A stretch of 64,000 bases of DNA from Eledone cirrhosa. Its lineage: Eukaryota. Below the pieces are notes generated by a model, which saw nothing but the letters and a program-made list of their open reading frames with translations, had not been told where the DNA came from and searched no databases. Shown one piece after another: positions 1 to 13,091 of the stretch. The first letter of the stretch is position 1. Each line of letters starts with the position of its first letter. The position numbers and the translations under genes were made by a program. The stretch lies in contig OZ024740.1 in NCBI GenBank assembly GCA_964016885.1, positions 220,286,001 through 220,350,000 of the forward strand, in the 5' to 3' direction.

Positions 1-1307
1 GTTTCCATCTACCAAATCCACTCCTAAGTTTGAGCTTATAATAGAAGACATTTGTCCAAGGTGCCATGCAGTTGGATCAAACCCAAAACCATGTGGTTGC
101 TAAGTGAATTTCTTAACCACACAACCATGCCTACACCTATTATGTGTGGTTATATATCATTCTGTTGCTATTACAGAGAGAAAACATACATTTATTCAAT
201 CTATGGTTTGCTGCAATTTAGAATAGATAACAAAAGATATATTTTTTGTTCTGTTCAGACAGGCTAATAGCTTTATAGACATATTTTATGTTTATAGAAA
301 ATATATTTGTTGTTCTCATCAGCCTATTCTTCTGTGGATTAGATTATAGAATTTATAGAGAGTACAATTTAAAGGATTGAGAAACCTTTATGTTTGTTAT
401 TGGTAACAGAAGATACATCCCAATAAGAAAAATGTGGTGAGAGACCGGAGGCTGCAGTTTTTGACAATCAAATAGAAACAGTGAAGAGTTTGAGATGCTT
501 CTTCAGTCTGGTCTAGCATGTGATAACCTCTCTAGTGCTAGTGTCACAATAAAATGCACCCAGTACATCCTATAAACTGTTAGTGTTGGTACCACGATAA
601 AATGCATCAAGCCCATTCTGTAAAATAGTACTGCTAGTGGTCATGAAAAACACACCCAGTACACCCTGAAAAGTGGTTGGTGTTAAAAAGGGCATTCAAC
701 TATAGAAACCATGCCAAATATGCAATGCAATGAGAAAGATTAGTTGCTCCAACCCATGCCAGCGTGAAAAGCCGATGTAAAAATGATGATGGTGATGATG
801 ATAGATTGGTAAAATTGTTAGAGTATCTGATACAATACCTTGTGGTGTATATTTATGATATTTTACATTCTGACTTTAAATCCCACCAAGGTCAGCTTTG
901 CCTTTCATCCTTTCGGGGTCAATAAAATATGTACCAGTTGAGCAATATAGTTGATTCTTCTCTGCTCCAAAATTTCTGGCCATGTGCCTTTGTAGGAAAT
1001 GACTAAATTAATTCATAACATCCTGTAATGGTTTAGCAGAAAATATCTAAAAATAGGTTTGTTAGTTCAAATTTTTATATCTTTCCTAGTGGACAGATCA
1101 TTGTAAAAACATTGTACCATATAGAGCTATAGTGCTGTTTTGTACTTTTCAAGAATGGCTTGCTAATGTGGTTTCATGTGGTACATACAGGGTGTTAGGA
1201 GTTAAAGATAACCAGTGATAGAAATCACCCCCACCCCCTACACATCTACTACCACCACCAACACCACCACCATCATCATCATCATTATCATCATCATCAA
1301 AACTAGA

Positions 1308-1465
1308 CAAGGTTGTGTGGCTAAGAAGTTCACTTTGCAGTTATGTGGTTTCAGGCTTGATTCCACTGTGCAGCACCTTGAGAAAGTGTCCTCCACCATA
1401 CATTTGGGTCAATCAAAACCGTTTTGGTGAAATTTGGTAGATGGAAATGATATGAAAACCTGTTA
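1308..1465 (+). mobile_element. Old tRNA/CORE-like SINE family C (copies near 1-135, 2711-2870, 6595-6705, 10290-10450, 37090-37225, 44885-45020, 56650-56805)
   Basis: Recurring tgtggttaagaagttc...cacctt...aagtgtcttc..ctat...tttggtagatggaaa. Confidence 0.7.
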
Positions 1466-2872
1466 GATGGACCAATTCTGTTCTTGATTAATAAACTTAA
1501 TCTGTCGCCCAGTTTAACACTACCACCTGTCAGTCCAGGACCAGGGAAGCTCTGCGAATATCTGATGCCTAATTCTAAAAGAAAAAAATAGAAAGAAACC
1601 CTCTTTTAGAGATCCTGCCACTGCCTGACCCTTGCAGAGTCATTTATGTTGCAAACATTTGGACTGGATCTTCAATTTGAGGATAACTTCCTCCTTTCTT
1701 TTCACCAGTTTCAGAGGCCTTGAAAAGGTTCATAGGCACTGCTCTTCTGCCTCTGACTAAGCTATTGAAATATATATTTAAAAAACACAGCAATCCACCA
1801 GCGTTATCATACTTATTGCCATCATCATCATTATCTATATTAATCTTCTGCATTCTGAAAACTCCAACAGCATCTTGAAATACTATCTTACCATGTCTGT
1901 TGAACGTAAAGAGTAGGATGTTCTTCAATACGTCCCAGGTAAAGCTTTCTTGTACTAAGTATGCTCTAAGCTTATGCTTGGCTATACGTCATAAGCAACA
2001 GGAACTCTCAGACAAAAAGATAATTTGGTTTCATTCTTTTATGCGTGGCTATATCAAACACTAAATTTAGTAACTAGCTACTTGCTAACATTTCTTCCTT
2101 CTAATTCACATACCATTAGTCTTGCAATAGCTTGTGCATACCTGCTGGTTTCAGTTACAGGAAAAGAAGAACAAATAAAGAAAAACAACTTAGTAAATAC
2201 AACCTCAAATATCATGGCTCAAAATTTCATCAAATTCTTATGAAACGATATGAGAAAAAAAAAATTATCATTCACCTTAATTAGCTTCACGATAAGTATA
2301 TTTTACTTGTATTAAACCGTTTTCTTACCATATATCTAATGAATCACACTGCTTATGATTTTCAAATAATTTTGAAAATAATCATGAATTTGGAAAGATT
2401 TTTGTAAAAATAACTAAGTTTCAAATTATTAAGCTGGTGGGAAGGTGATGGATTGGCAGTAGAACATCAGACAAAATACTATACGGCATTTAGTTATGAC
2501 TTACTACATATTGAGTTCAATTCCTGCAGAGGAGGTTTTGAGAACAGTGGTGGTGGTTGTGATGATGATGATGATGGTGGTGGTTATGATAATGATGTTA
2601 ATTGTGATGATGATGATGATGATTGTCATGATGATGATGACGATGGTGATTGTTTCCATTTAAAATTAAAATAAATTTTACACAGGTAATTCAAGAAAAT
2701 AGCAGCAACAAGCAGGTGTGGCTGCATGGTTAAGAAGTTCACTTTGCTACCACATGGCTCTAGGTTCAATCCTGCTCTGAGGCATCTTATGTAATTATCT
2801 TTTATCATACCCTCATGTTGACAAATGCTTTGGGAGTGGAATTTGAGAGACAGAAATTGCATGGAAGTTCAT

Positions 2873-2908
<36 letters not shown>

Positions 2909-2910
<2 letters not shown>

Positions 2911-3274
2911 CATCATCATCATTTTACGTCCACTTTTCCCTGCTTGCAAGGGTGGGACAGGAACTGATTCTGACTTGATTTCTACAGCTGGATGCCCTTC
3001 CTAACACCAACCTCATTTACAGTGAGTGCTGGGTGTTTTTTAACCATGGCGCCTACACGTCCACTTTACAGTGTCGGCTGGGTGCTTTTTTGCCGTGGCA
3101 CCTCCACGACCACTTTGCAGTGGAATGATATGGACCCCAGTCTCTATCATCTCATTTCTACAGGTGAGTAAACTGGAGCAATGTGAAATAAAGTGTCTTG
3201 CTCAAGGAAACAACACATCACCCGGTCTGAGAATTGAACTCACAACCTTTCGATTGTGAGCCCATGCGCCTTCA
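2909..3274 (-). mobile_element. CORE-SINE with RTE-type tail (one extra internal ~47-bp unit)
   Basis: Same family as 38568-38912. Confidence 0.85.
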
Positions 3275-3912
3275 TATATATATATCATGACCATCATTTT
3301 AATGTCCACTTTTCTTGCTAGCAAGGATTGGATGGGTCTACATAGACCAAGTCAGTACTGATGTAGAGGCTACTGATCTCCCAGACAAACCAAGGGATGT
3401 TGTCTCACTTATGTATCACATTCTACTGAGTACACAGGAGAGGTTGTCATTTCTTTGACACAACTGAGAGTCTTCTCAAACCTTTGTTTAGCAAGCTCTT
3501 TGTGGCTAGATGCCCTTCCTATCACCAACCACTTTATACCATGTACTGGGGGCTTTTATTATATGATTTTATGAATCGATACAATGTTATAATGCATAAT
3601 TGCATTAAATATTTTCTCAACCCAGATGCCCACAAACTTGCTCAATAATAACAGGGGTAAAAACTGAAATTAGAGCGCACTAATTACAAACAGAGCATAC
3701 AAGGGCAATTCAGAAATTCAACATAAAAAAATTAAATGCTTACTTTTCACCTGGACCATGTGGTTTTAAAACTGCCAAAACTATTAATTGCATTTATTTA
3801 AAATTGTGAATTAACAGTTAAATGACCACTTATAAAATAAATTCTTTCAAATATTTGGAAGGTTTCATTGAAATAGTTAATTATTTCTACTACCTACGTG
3901 ATCTAATTAGCA

Positions 3913-4345
3913 ATGAAGGAGGATTGTTCTGAAAGTATAGTAGACAGAGTAAGTTCAAGGTTTGGTAGGTTTTCACCTCTGTTTGTAGTGAAAGGATTCT
4001 TTCTTAAAGTGAAAGAAAGATTTGATTATACTTATGTACAAAGTGAAACATTGCATACTAGTAAAACATGGGCATTGAATGTGAAAATATGCAATAGCTA
4101 GAAAGAAATGAGATGAGTATACATCACTGGATGGCTAATGTTAGTATGCATGAATAACCAAAAACAAATAAGCAGAGAGAAAAAACTGGATAAAAAGCAT
4201 CAGATCTAGTGTGCAAAAGAGGAGAATGCACTAACCCAAACATGTTACAATGGCGGTAGAAATCTACAGAAGATCATAGGAAACCACATGAAGTGAATGG
4301 CTGTAACAAGTGGCCAAATGCTGTGCTGGGGAGGACCTTTCCAGT
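3913..4345 (+). pseudogene. Decayed RTE 3' fragment
   Basis: Translation CSESIVDRV...KGFFLKVKERF...LHTSKTWAL aligns by eye with CSESTVARV...KGFSLKMKGRL...LHGSETWAL of the intact ORF. Ends in ccagtccatgtaaatatgaaaa, an RTE 3'-end-like motif. Confidence 0.75.
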
Positions 4346-5160
4346 CCATGTAAATATGAAAAAAGACAAAGCAATTTTATTCTTTTACTAGTTGCAGTTT
4401 TAGCAGAAAAGGTGGTAGAGTTGTAAATGCTGATTGGTGGTGTTAAAAAACGATCAAGACCACGACAAATTGAGACAGACCAACAAGAAAAATTAAAACT
4501 GCTAATTTGTATATTTTTGTTTGTATACAACAACACCAGGGAGCAAGATATAACAACCATAATACATAAAAGGTTTGATATAACAGAGAGTGATTCATCA
4601 ACAGGTTGTTAGGTTGTGAAATGTTGAAATTTGGGAGTGAGTGTGTAAATGCAGAGATGTTGTTTGGGATATGATATTGCCTGCCTTGTGTATGGAATAT
4701 CTATTGTCCTGAGAATTCTGGTCTAACTGCAGCAATGCCTTCATAACTAGTGACTTCTACAGCTGGGAATCAGTTGTCAAACGTCTCAGAGACCAACAGG
4801 GAAAGATGAGGAAAGGCAAGAGAGCAGGTAGTAGCTGGATTTTTGCTGGGCTTAACTCTTTAGCATTTAAACCGGTTGTATCCGGCCAGAATTCTCTTGC
4901 CTCTTTCAGTTCAAACTAGCCATAAATGGCTGCTTATACTGATGTTAAGGTATTGTTCTCAAAATAAATGACATCAAAATCTCGTATATTCAATATTATG
5001 TGAAATATTATGTAAGGTAAAGCCTTTACCATGAAAATACAATAGTATATAAGAGTAATGTAAATTCTAATGGGTCGAATACCCATGTGTTTTATGGTAG
5101 CTATTTCTGATGATGATGTTATAGAAAATTTTAGCCTACATCATAGATAATTTCACTATA

Positions 5161-5364
5161 CAATTTTGCCCTTCTTTCTTAATAAAACGATTATCAGAGA
5201 AAGTACGGTGATTAATATAATGAACTAAAACACTTCAGGGCAGTATCCAACATGGTTGCAACCATGCTGGATACTGCCCTGAAGCGTTTTAGTTCATTAT
5301 ATCAATCCCCGTAGATTCTCTGATAATCGTTTTATTAACCTTTGAAGAAAGAAGGGCAAAATTG
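5161..5364. repeat. ~200-bp loopless palindrome
   Basis: Arms of ~100 bp centred on catggttg|caaccatg (5258/5259). Confidence 0.92.
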
Positions 5365-6159
5365 ATCTGGGTGAAATTTATACTCAAAAATGTAAAGGGA
5401 CATAACAAAAGTTCACAAAGAATTTTGTTCAACATTTTATTCATTCTGCCATCAACCAGCGTATATAGTCATATATTTATTATACATACACACACACACA
5501 TGCATGCATGTGGGTGTGTGCTCATATATATCATCGCTGTTTAACATATATTTTCCAAGCTTTCATGGGTTGGATGGGCTGTCATGTTATAAGGCTAGCC
5601 ATGTCATGTCAGGTGACCATGTCATATATATATATATATATATATATACATACACATATATACGTAGACACATATACATGCGTGCTTGCGTGCATACATA
5701 TAAACATATATACAAACATACAAACATACAAACATACATACATACATACATACATACATATTTCTTATCACATATTTTGTAGAGTAATTACATTCATCTT
5801 TCATCAGCATGTCATAAAAATTTGTATGAAAATAAATGTTTCTGCCAAATTTCTAAACATTCATCTCCTACTGATATAGTCTTAAAACTAAATAGATTCA
5901 GAAATTATCAAAATACAAGTGAACTTTTTTCAAGTTCACTTGGTTATACTGCTAAATTAGCATTAAAAAGAGATAAAAATCTATATACAATAGTACATCA
6001 GACAACTCCTGAGTCATCTAAGATATAAAATCTTGCATAAAAGGTAGATTAACTGAGTAAATAGTTGTGCACATAAAGACTTCACTTAAAATATTTTATA
6101 TTTTATGAACACAATCAACATAATTTCTTGATATACACTCTCAGAAATTAGACACAATA

Positions 6160-6537
6160 TACAAGGGTCAGCTGAAAAATTCATAGGCTGACCAAGATAC
6201 TCTCATGGAAATGAGGTTTATTTTTCTTAATGATGAATGCACTCGCATCAGAGTAGCCCAATGCCTTGGCCTACGCATGTGTGAGTCACATAAATGCTGC
6301 TGCAGGGCAGTTGTTGACAAGTTCGGCCTACACTTTCTGTTTTGCCACCAGAGTGCAGACCAGTTCCCCTAACACACCGCTCACAACGACATATTGAGAA
6401 GAAGCCTGGAGGCAGCTGGCTTTCCATCTTAAATGCAGTTATTAATAAGAAAGGTTGAAATTAATGCATGCAAGATTTCACAGCTCTAACATCACTCTTT
6501 CATAGTCAGTCTATGAACTTTTCAACTGACCTTCATA
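6160..6537. mobile_element. Mariner-type MITE (shorter copies at 10925-11060, 24349-24530, 39645-39822, 62672-62714)
   Basis: ~32-bp TIR tacaagggtcagctgaaaa.ttcataggctgac / gtcagtctatgaacttttcaactgaccttcata, with TA ends. Confidence 0.85.
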
Positions 6538-6759
6538 CATTCTCAGAAATTAGACCCGACATAGTTGCTTCAAAAAATAATTCAGCTGATTTTAACTGCG
6601 TGGTTAAGAAGTTCGCTTTGTAACTATAGGTCTTCTACTGAGTTTGGATTGACTAATGTCTTGTGGGTGAAATTTGATAGACAGAAACTGTGCAGAAGCC
6701 CAATCATAAATATATATATATATCATCATCATCAGTATTTAACGCTAGCATGGGTTATG

Positions 6760-6796
<37 letters not shown>

Positions 6797-6943
6797 TTAG
6801 TTATACTATTTATGGTTATGTAAATACAAAACCTTATGCAGTTATAAGTATTTTACACACACCCTAAATAGTGGTAGGCAGTAATGTATTACCAGTAAGT
6901 TAAGTAGCTCAATGTAAAAACATCAGATGAATTACAGAGCAGT

Positions 6944-7020
6944 TATATGAAATATAAGAATCAAAGAACTGTTCAAAACATTATGTTTTGAACAGTTCTT
7001 TGATTCTTATATTTCATATA
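6944..7020. repeat. Perfect 38-bp-arm palindrome next to (TA)n
   Basis: Read directly; 1-nt centre at 6982. Confidence 0.92.
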
Positions 7021-8823
7021 TATATATATATATAAAGGAAGAACAAGAAAAAAACAAAGATTTCCAGTTAACTAACTTTTTTGTTACTTTCATCTTACCA
7101 TCCATTTTGCATTGTTTAGCCTTATATCACTTTCCACAATATATATATATCATCATCATCTTTTAAAAACTGTTTCCCTGCTATACACCTGTGTGTGTGT
7201 GAGACTATCATTTAACATCTATTTTTCTATTCTGGCATGGGTTGGACATCTATATGTGTTTGTGAGTGAGTATACATACATGAGCATGCCTGTGTGTATG
7301 CATATGTATATATGTTTTCAGTAAGTATGTATGTCTCTCCATGGTTATATATATATATATATCTACAGCACTTAATAACTTAGAAGTGCAACAAATAGAG
7401 ATTGATAAAATATGTACCAAACTTAAAAATAATTATTGGGATCTATACAATTGACTAAAGCCTAGAAAGAAATGCCCTAATAGGACTGCAGTCTAATGGT
7501 TGAGAACAGTAAAAGAATCAACCTGCCAACCTCTAAAAGCTGAAACAGGGAGGACCATGAAAAAAGTGCCCCAAAACGGAGAGAAATGAGACAAAATGGT
7601 GAGATTTTACATAATGAAAGCTATACTCATTTTCACAAGAGAAGACATCTCTCACCCACCCCAAAGTGGGAAGGCGATCTCCCCGTTTTACGGGGAGAGT
7701 TGACAGGTCTGAAGAATAAAAGACTAAATGTCTATAAATTATGATATCATGTATCTATCCAAAATATATGCCTTCTTTTTTTAATATTTTTATGTTAATT
7801 ATGTTTTATAATTTTATAAAATAATTTTGATCTAATAAAATTTGAAACCAAAAATAGAAGCTACACAATAATTCAACAACAGAAACATTTTACTGTTTTA
7901 TAGCTGTCCTTGTTTTCCTTGTTTTTCACATTTTTACAAATCTATGCCACCCCACACCCTTGGCCTTCCCTTTTTATCTCTTGTCTATCGTGTTTTTGTT
8001 TCTTAACTGTAAGATGTACTAGATACTTCTCTTAGTCTGTCATCACTTACTAGCTCTATACGAACGTTTAAATTGATTGAACAAATAAATAGGTAGATAA
8101 ACAATTATTTTATAAATCCTTGTTTATTGAACAAAAATTTTACAATGATGGAAATATTTTTTAAAAGGATGAAAAAAAATTAAGTAATGAAAAAAGGGGG
8201 AAGAGGTAAAGAAGGGCAGATCTGGCTGTATAGGAAAGGGCCATAATGGCAATTATTTATGTATGAGATATTTAGTAACCTAGTAAAAATGCCAATTGGT
8301 CTGCTGGCTCAGTGGACCTATAACACCATGAGCTAGTAGAAGACCATTCCATTAGTGGATTGATGAAGTTTTAGACATGTTCCCCACCCTTAGCATGATA
8401 ATACCACAGATTGCCAACTTCATCTCCCTGTGATGACATATTTTTGCTAGAAGTGCTTAAACCAAAAACAAAACAAAAAATGGTTTTAAATATTTTTAAC
8501 AAATGACTTTATTTGAGGCCATGTGTTGAAACCCCAAAGGTATATGGCTGAGTAGCAAGGGTGTTGGACTTATGATCACAATATCATGGGTTTGATTCTT
8601 GGACCAGGTTGTGCATTGTGTTCTTGAGCAAAACACTTCATTTCACATTGCTCCAGTATATTCAACTGAAAATAAGCATCAGTAATAGCTGGGGGCTTAA
8701 CCCTGCAATGGGTTGGTGTCCTGTCCATAGAGAAGTCTTGTACTCTCAGTTGCTTAACACCAAGAAAACCAGGATAAGCATCAGCCTAATGAGCCTTCAA
8801 GCTTGAGACAGACTTTAAACTTT

Positions 8824-8998
8824 AGAGTCATTTTAACTATTTAAAAAGCACAACAAAAATTGTTATATTCACTTTACATGAAGGAATTGTGTCAGTAAAC
8901 AGAGCACAGGGGTGTGGTGATGAGTTTGTCACTTCAAAATAAATTAAAAGTGAATATAGTAATTTTTCTGTGTTTTTCTAAGTGGTTAAAATAACTCT
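8824..8998. repeat. Degenerate ~50-bp inverted repeat (old MITE-like)
   Basis: agagtcattttaactattta...tatattcacttt versus aaagtgaatata...taagtggttaaaataactct. Confidence 0.65.
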
Positions 8999-9935
8999 TC
9001 CATGATGTAATTGCAAGTTTTAAATAATTTTTAATAAATACTTTTAATAATAATTTTTGTTTAATTCTTAATCATAGTATTTTTTTTAATTGCTTGTGAA
9101 ATAATATTTTTGGTGTTTCCTTCACTTTACTTTATTATTTTTTCTATTATTTATAACAAATAAATTATTAATCATTTATTTGTATTTTTTATATATTTTT
9201 ATTGACACATCATTTTTTACATTATTCTGCATTTGTCTATATTTCAACTAATATGGTAAAAATAGAAGAAGAGAAAAAACAAGGTTAAAAAATACATCAA
9301 CCTTGTTATAATTTATATTTGGTTTCTCCTGAATATTGATCAATAAATGAGCCAGAAAAATAGACTGACACTTTTTCTCCATTTTCTAGGTCTACAGATA
9401 TTTTCACATCAAACGCACTGTTTATTATTTGCCAGGGAGCATTCACAGGCATAGAGCCACCACAGTTTTGTGTTTTATTACCTTTCTATTCTATTTTTCT
9501 TCTGTATTTACTGAGTCATCATATCCCTTTCCCTTCCCATATTTTGCATGCAAGCTAAAATCTATTATATAGCTGCCACCTTTGTCATTATTATTGTTAT
9601 AAAGATAATCCAATGTAGTAAAAGGTTCATAAAACTCTGAAATATATTTAGTACAACAAAAAAATAACAATCCTTTTATTCTTTTACTGCTTTCAGTCAT
9701 TAGAATGTGGCCATGCTGGGGCACTGATTTAAAGAGACTTAGTTGAATAAATCAGCACTTATTTTATCAATTTCTTATTTGTTGAAGTGCTAAGTTAAAG
9801 GACACAAACAAAGGGCAATGTTAATACAGTCACAGGGATACATACATACATAAATACATACATCTGTGCGTACGTATGTACGTACATACATACGTACATA
9901 CATACATACATGTGTGTGAATATATATCTATGTAT

Positions 9936-10256
9936 AGGCGGTGAACTGGCAGTGTTGTTAGAAACTCGGATAGAATGCTTTATGGCATTCGTTCCGGCTC
10001 TCTGAGTTCAAATCCCGCCACAGTCATCTTTGCTTTTCATCCTTTCGAGGTCGATAAAAAAAAAATACCAGTTCAGTACTGGGATCGATTCTTCTTCTAT
10101 ATCTCTTTCTCATTTCCTCTCTCTCACTTTCTATCTCTGGAAGAAATCTGCTGTACTCAGGCCAGGAGAGGGATGGGCTCAGCCAGGCTCAAAATGTCCA
10201 AGAAACGCTGTATGTCAATGCAGCACCCCAACGACTCTATTAGGAATTACAGGACC
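9936..10256 (+). mobile_element. Family-A-headed SINE with a longer alternative tail and (taca)n end (related pieces at 12745-13000 and 36700-36990)
   Basis: Same head and core, then gaagaaatctgctg...atgggctc.ccaggctcaaaatg, which recurs at 12890-12960. Confidence 0.72.
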
Positions 10257-10797
10257 ATACATACATACATACATACATACATACAATGGACTTCAGAATA
10301 AGCTCCATCTACCAAATTTCTCTCACAAGTCATTGGTCAACTCGAGGCTCTAGTAGAAGACACTTACCTAAGGTGTTATTCAGTGCAGCTGAACCCAAAA
10401 CCCTGTACATGATTACAAAACAAACTCCTTAATCATACACCCATACCTGCCTTTAATCTATTTGTATAATTTTTTCATTGTTGTTGTGTTTTGGAAATAT
10501 AAAGCCTTACTACTGCCATTGTTTTAACAGTAAAGAGAATATTTTAAATCAGAAATACTTTGCCAACCTATAAATATTAATGACATATTGTAACATTTTT
10601 CTTTATTGAAAAGGGGAGAGGATGATGAAATTATATTTAATATAGGTAGATTTATCTCAGGGGAAATTAATTGTTTTTTTTCAGATGTAAGTAATAAATA
10701 TTAATTTCCGCTATAGCTATGAAGTGATTTTTTCCTGGAAACTACTCAATATTGACTGATGTAATTATTTATCAATTGTACTAATTTTATGTATATA

Positions 10798-10910
10798 TAC
10801 AGGGTGTTCCACAAAAATATATACACACTTCAACAATATATACACACTTCAACTAATATTTTTCCTGTACAGGTAATCAAAGTGTGTACACATTTTTGGG
10901 ACACCCTGTA
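10798..10910. mobile_element. Short Tc1/mariner-type MITE (second copy at 54732-54821)
   Basis: TA-CAGGGTGT.CC...GGGACACCCTG-TA termini; shared interior cctgtacaggtaatcaaagtgtgta. Confidence 0.82.
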
Positions 10911-11855
10911 CATATATATATATATACAAGGGTTGACTGAAAAGTTCATAGGCTGACATATGATGCTAGAGCTGTGAAATCTTGCTTGCATTAATTTCAA
11001 CTCTTCTTCTTAATAACTGCATTATTTCTTTCCAGGGACTATGCTGAAAAATAAACCTGAACAACATCAACAACTCAACAATAACAACAACAACAACAGC
11101 AACAATCAACTAATGCCATATCTTATAAATGGTATAACCTAGTAAACTCTGTAGCTGGGACATTCAATCAGAACAGACACAGTCAGAGAGAGGTGGGGTG
11201 GAAAGAGTGAGTGTGGAAAGAGAAGGAGAGATGCAATGGTGGAAAGAGAAAGGGTGGAGAGAAAAGGGAAGTGGAAAGAAATATATTAACATATAGCAGG
11301 AAATTCCTGTTACACTATAAAGAATCAGATTGAAACTTGAGTTTGCAGAGTTTCAATATAGTTCAGTAATTTCAGCTGAAATATTACTGTGAAATTATAG
11401 AAGTGTTTCCTTGGTAATTAATAAGAGAAGAAAGAGATAGGGAGGGAGAAAGAAAGAAAGTTAGTTCAATACAAACAAGAAGTAGGGATGCTGTGTGTGG
11501 TTTTATTGAAGATATCATGTTAAGAAGGGTTGAAAATTGAAGAAAAACTGTTGATGTTGCTAGCACTGGTTCTGTTTGAATATCCACGAGTGACTTCATG
11601 AACAATAATAAAATCAATTGTAACAGAGACATAAGAGGATTAAGCCTTCTGTTACCATATTTCTACAGAGTGTCAATTTGGCAGAGTCCTTACAGCATTG
11701 GATTGAAAAAAAAAATACCTCACTATTATGAATCCTTGTTTTGTAGCTTATAACTGTTGCTTGAGGTGGTAATAGGATTAGCAGTATCTTGTCAATCTTG
11801 TTAATCTTATCAATACTCCCAGTGCCGCGGTCTGGGTGCTCCTATCTTGACCTCT

Positions 11856-11933
<78 letters not shown>

Positions 11934-12084
11934 ATTTCGTATTTCTAAAAAAATATGGTATGTTTATAAATAAACATTTAGCAAGCTGTAGCTATGCAAA
12001 AACACTGTGTTAATCTGTGGCAGAACCATATCTAGCCAAGCTTTGTAGCTGATACTCTTGTGGACACAATAAGAAAGAAATGAA

Positions 12085-12757
12085 TCATTGTATTTATTGA
12101 ATAAAAGTTATGCAATGATGGAAATCTATATATAAATTTGAACGATGTCCGTCCATCACACAATGTGTGTGTGTGAACATATGCATGTGTAAAAGGAAGG
12201 AGATGGTGAAAAAACTATAGCAAAACAGCAGCAAGCATTCCATTTGCTATACTGAGTATAAGTGTGTGTGAATGTATATGCCATGTGACAGCAAGTTGAA
12301 AAGAAATTCTAGTATTAAAAAAAAAGGATTTAAAAAATTAAGTAATGAAAAAGACGGTATAGGAAAGTAGAGGAAAGAACTATAAAGGCCATAAATGAGA
12401 GGAAAAGGAGGGAAAAAGCAAGGACTATTAGGCAATAGAAGAAAGGGGAGAGGGTGACAGACTCTACACCTAGGTCAGAGCAGTGTTTCAGCTGCACTCT
12501 GCGGACAAAATTGCAAAGGCATTTCCACAGACAATGGCCAGTGACACCTGCTGCAACAGCCAACCCACTTCCTGGAGCTTCTTTCTCAGACAGGCTCCTG
12601 TCATTCCAATTTTATGGAGGAGCTCAGCTGTATGGGGTCTGAGGACTCCTGCGGTCTCGACAACAGCCAATGCAAAGAGGAAGCAGCCGGACAAGCCCCT
12701 TGTATTTGCTTGTCTTCCTGTCAGTATTTGTTCAGGCCCACTGCAATCTGAGTTCAA
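12085..12757 (-). pseudogene. Second CRE-like 3' relic with 3' UTR (UTR-only copy near 8120-8250)
   Basis: LAVVETAGVLRPHT..LL.KIG...EVGWLLQQVSLAIVCGNAFAIL. The downstream UTR with aataaa is repeated at about 8120-8250. Confidence 0.7.
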
Positions 12758-13091
12758 ATCCTGCTGAGGTCTCTCTCCCTTCCCTATATTGTGTCTGCTC
12801 TGATTGAATGCATAGGCTCAGCTGTAAGGATTTTACTAAGTAATGCCAGTCGAATACTGGTGAGGGATCAATTCTTTCTCTCTTTCTCTAGAAGAAATTG
12901 GCTATGTTAAGATCTGGAGAGGCATGGGCTCCACCAAGTTTAAAATGCCCAGGACATGCTGCCTTTTAGGACGACACCTCTATGACTTTACAAGAAATTA
13001 AGAGCCTTTCAACTTACCAACCATATTGCTAAGGAAAAACACTGCCTATGGTTTTCAAATAATCTTGAAAATAATCACAAATTTTGAGGGA

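Noticed and set aside
1892-1985. Possible minus-strand exon ending in a CATG|GTAAG donor (other candidates at 20240-20325, 42291-42360, 44716-44843, and plus-strand 4763-4827, 40525-40565)
   Set aside because: Splice-like signals only; no recognisable protein and no consistent phase chain.
5100-5150. CTGATGA followed by a tgatgt/acatca stem
   Set aside because: No GAAA or stems I/III, so not a hammerhead.
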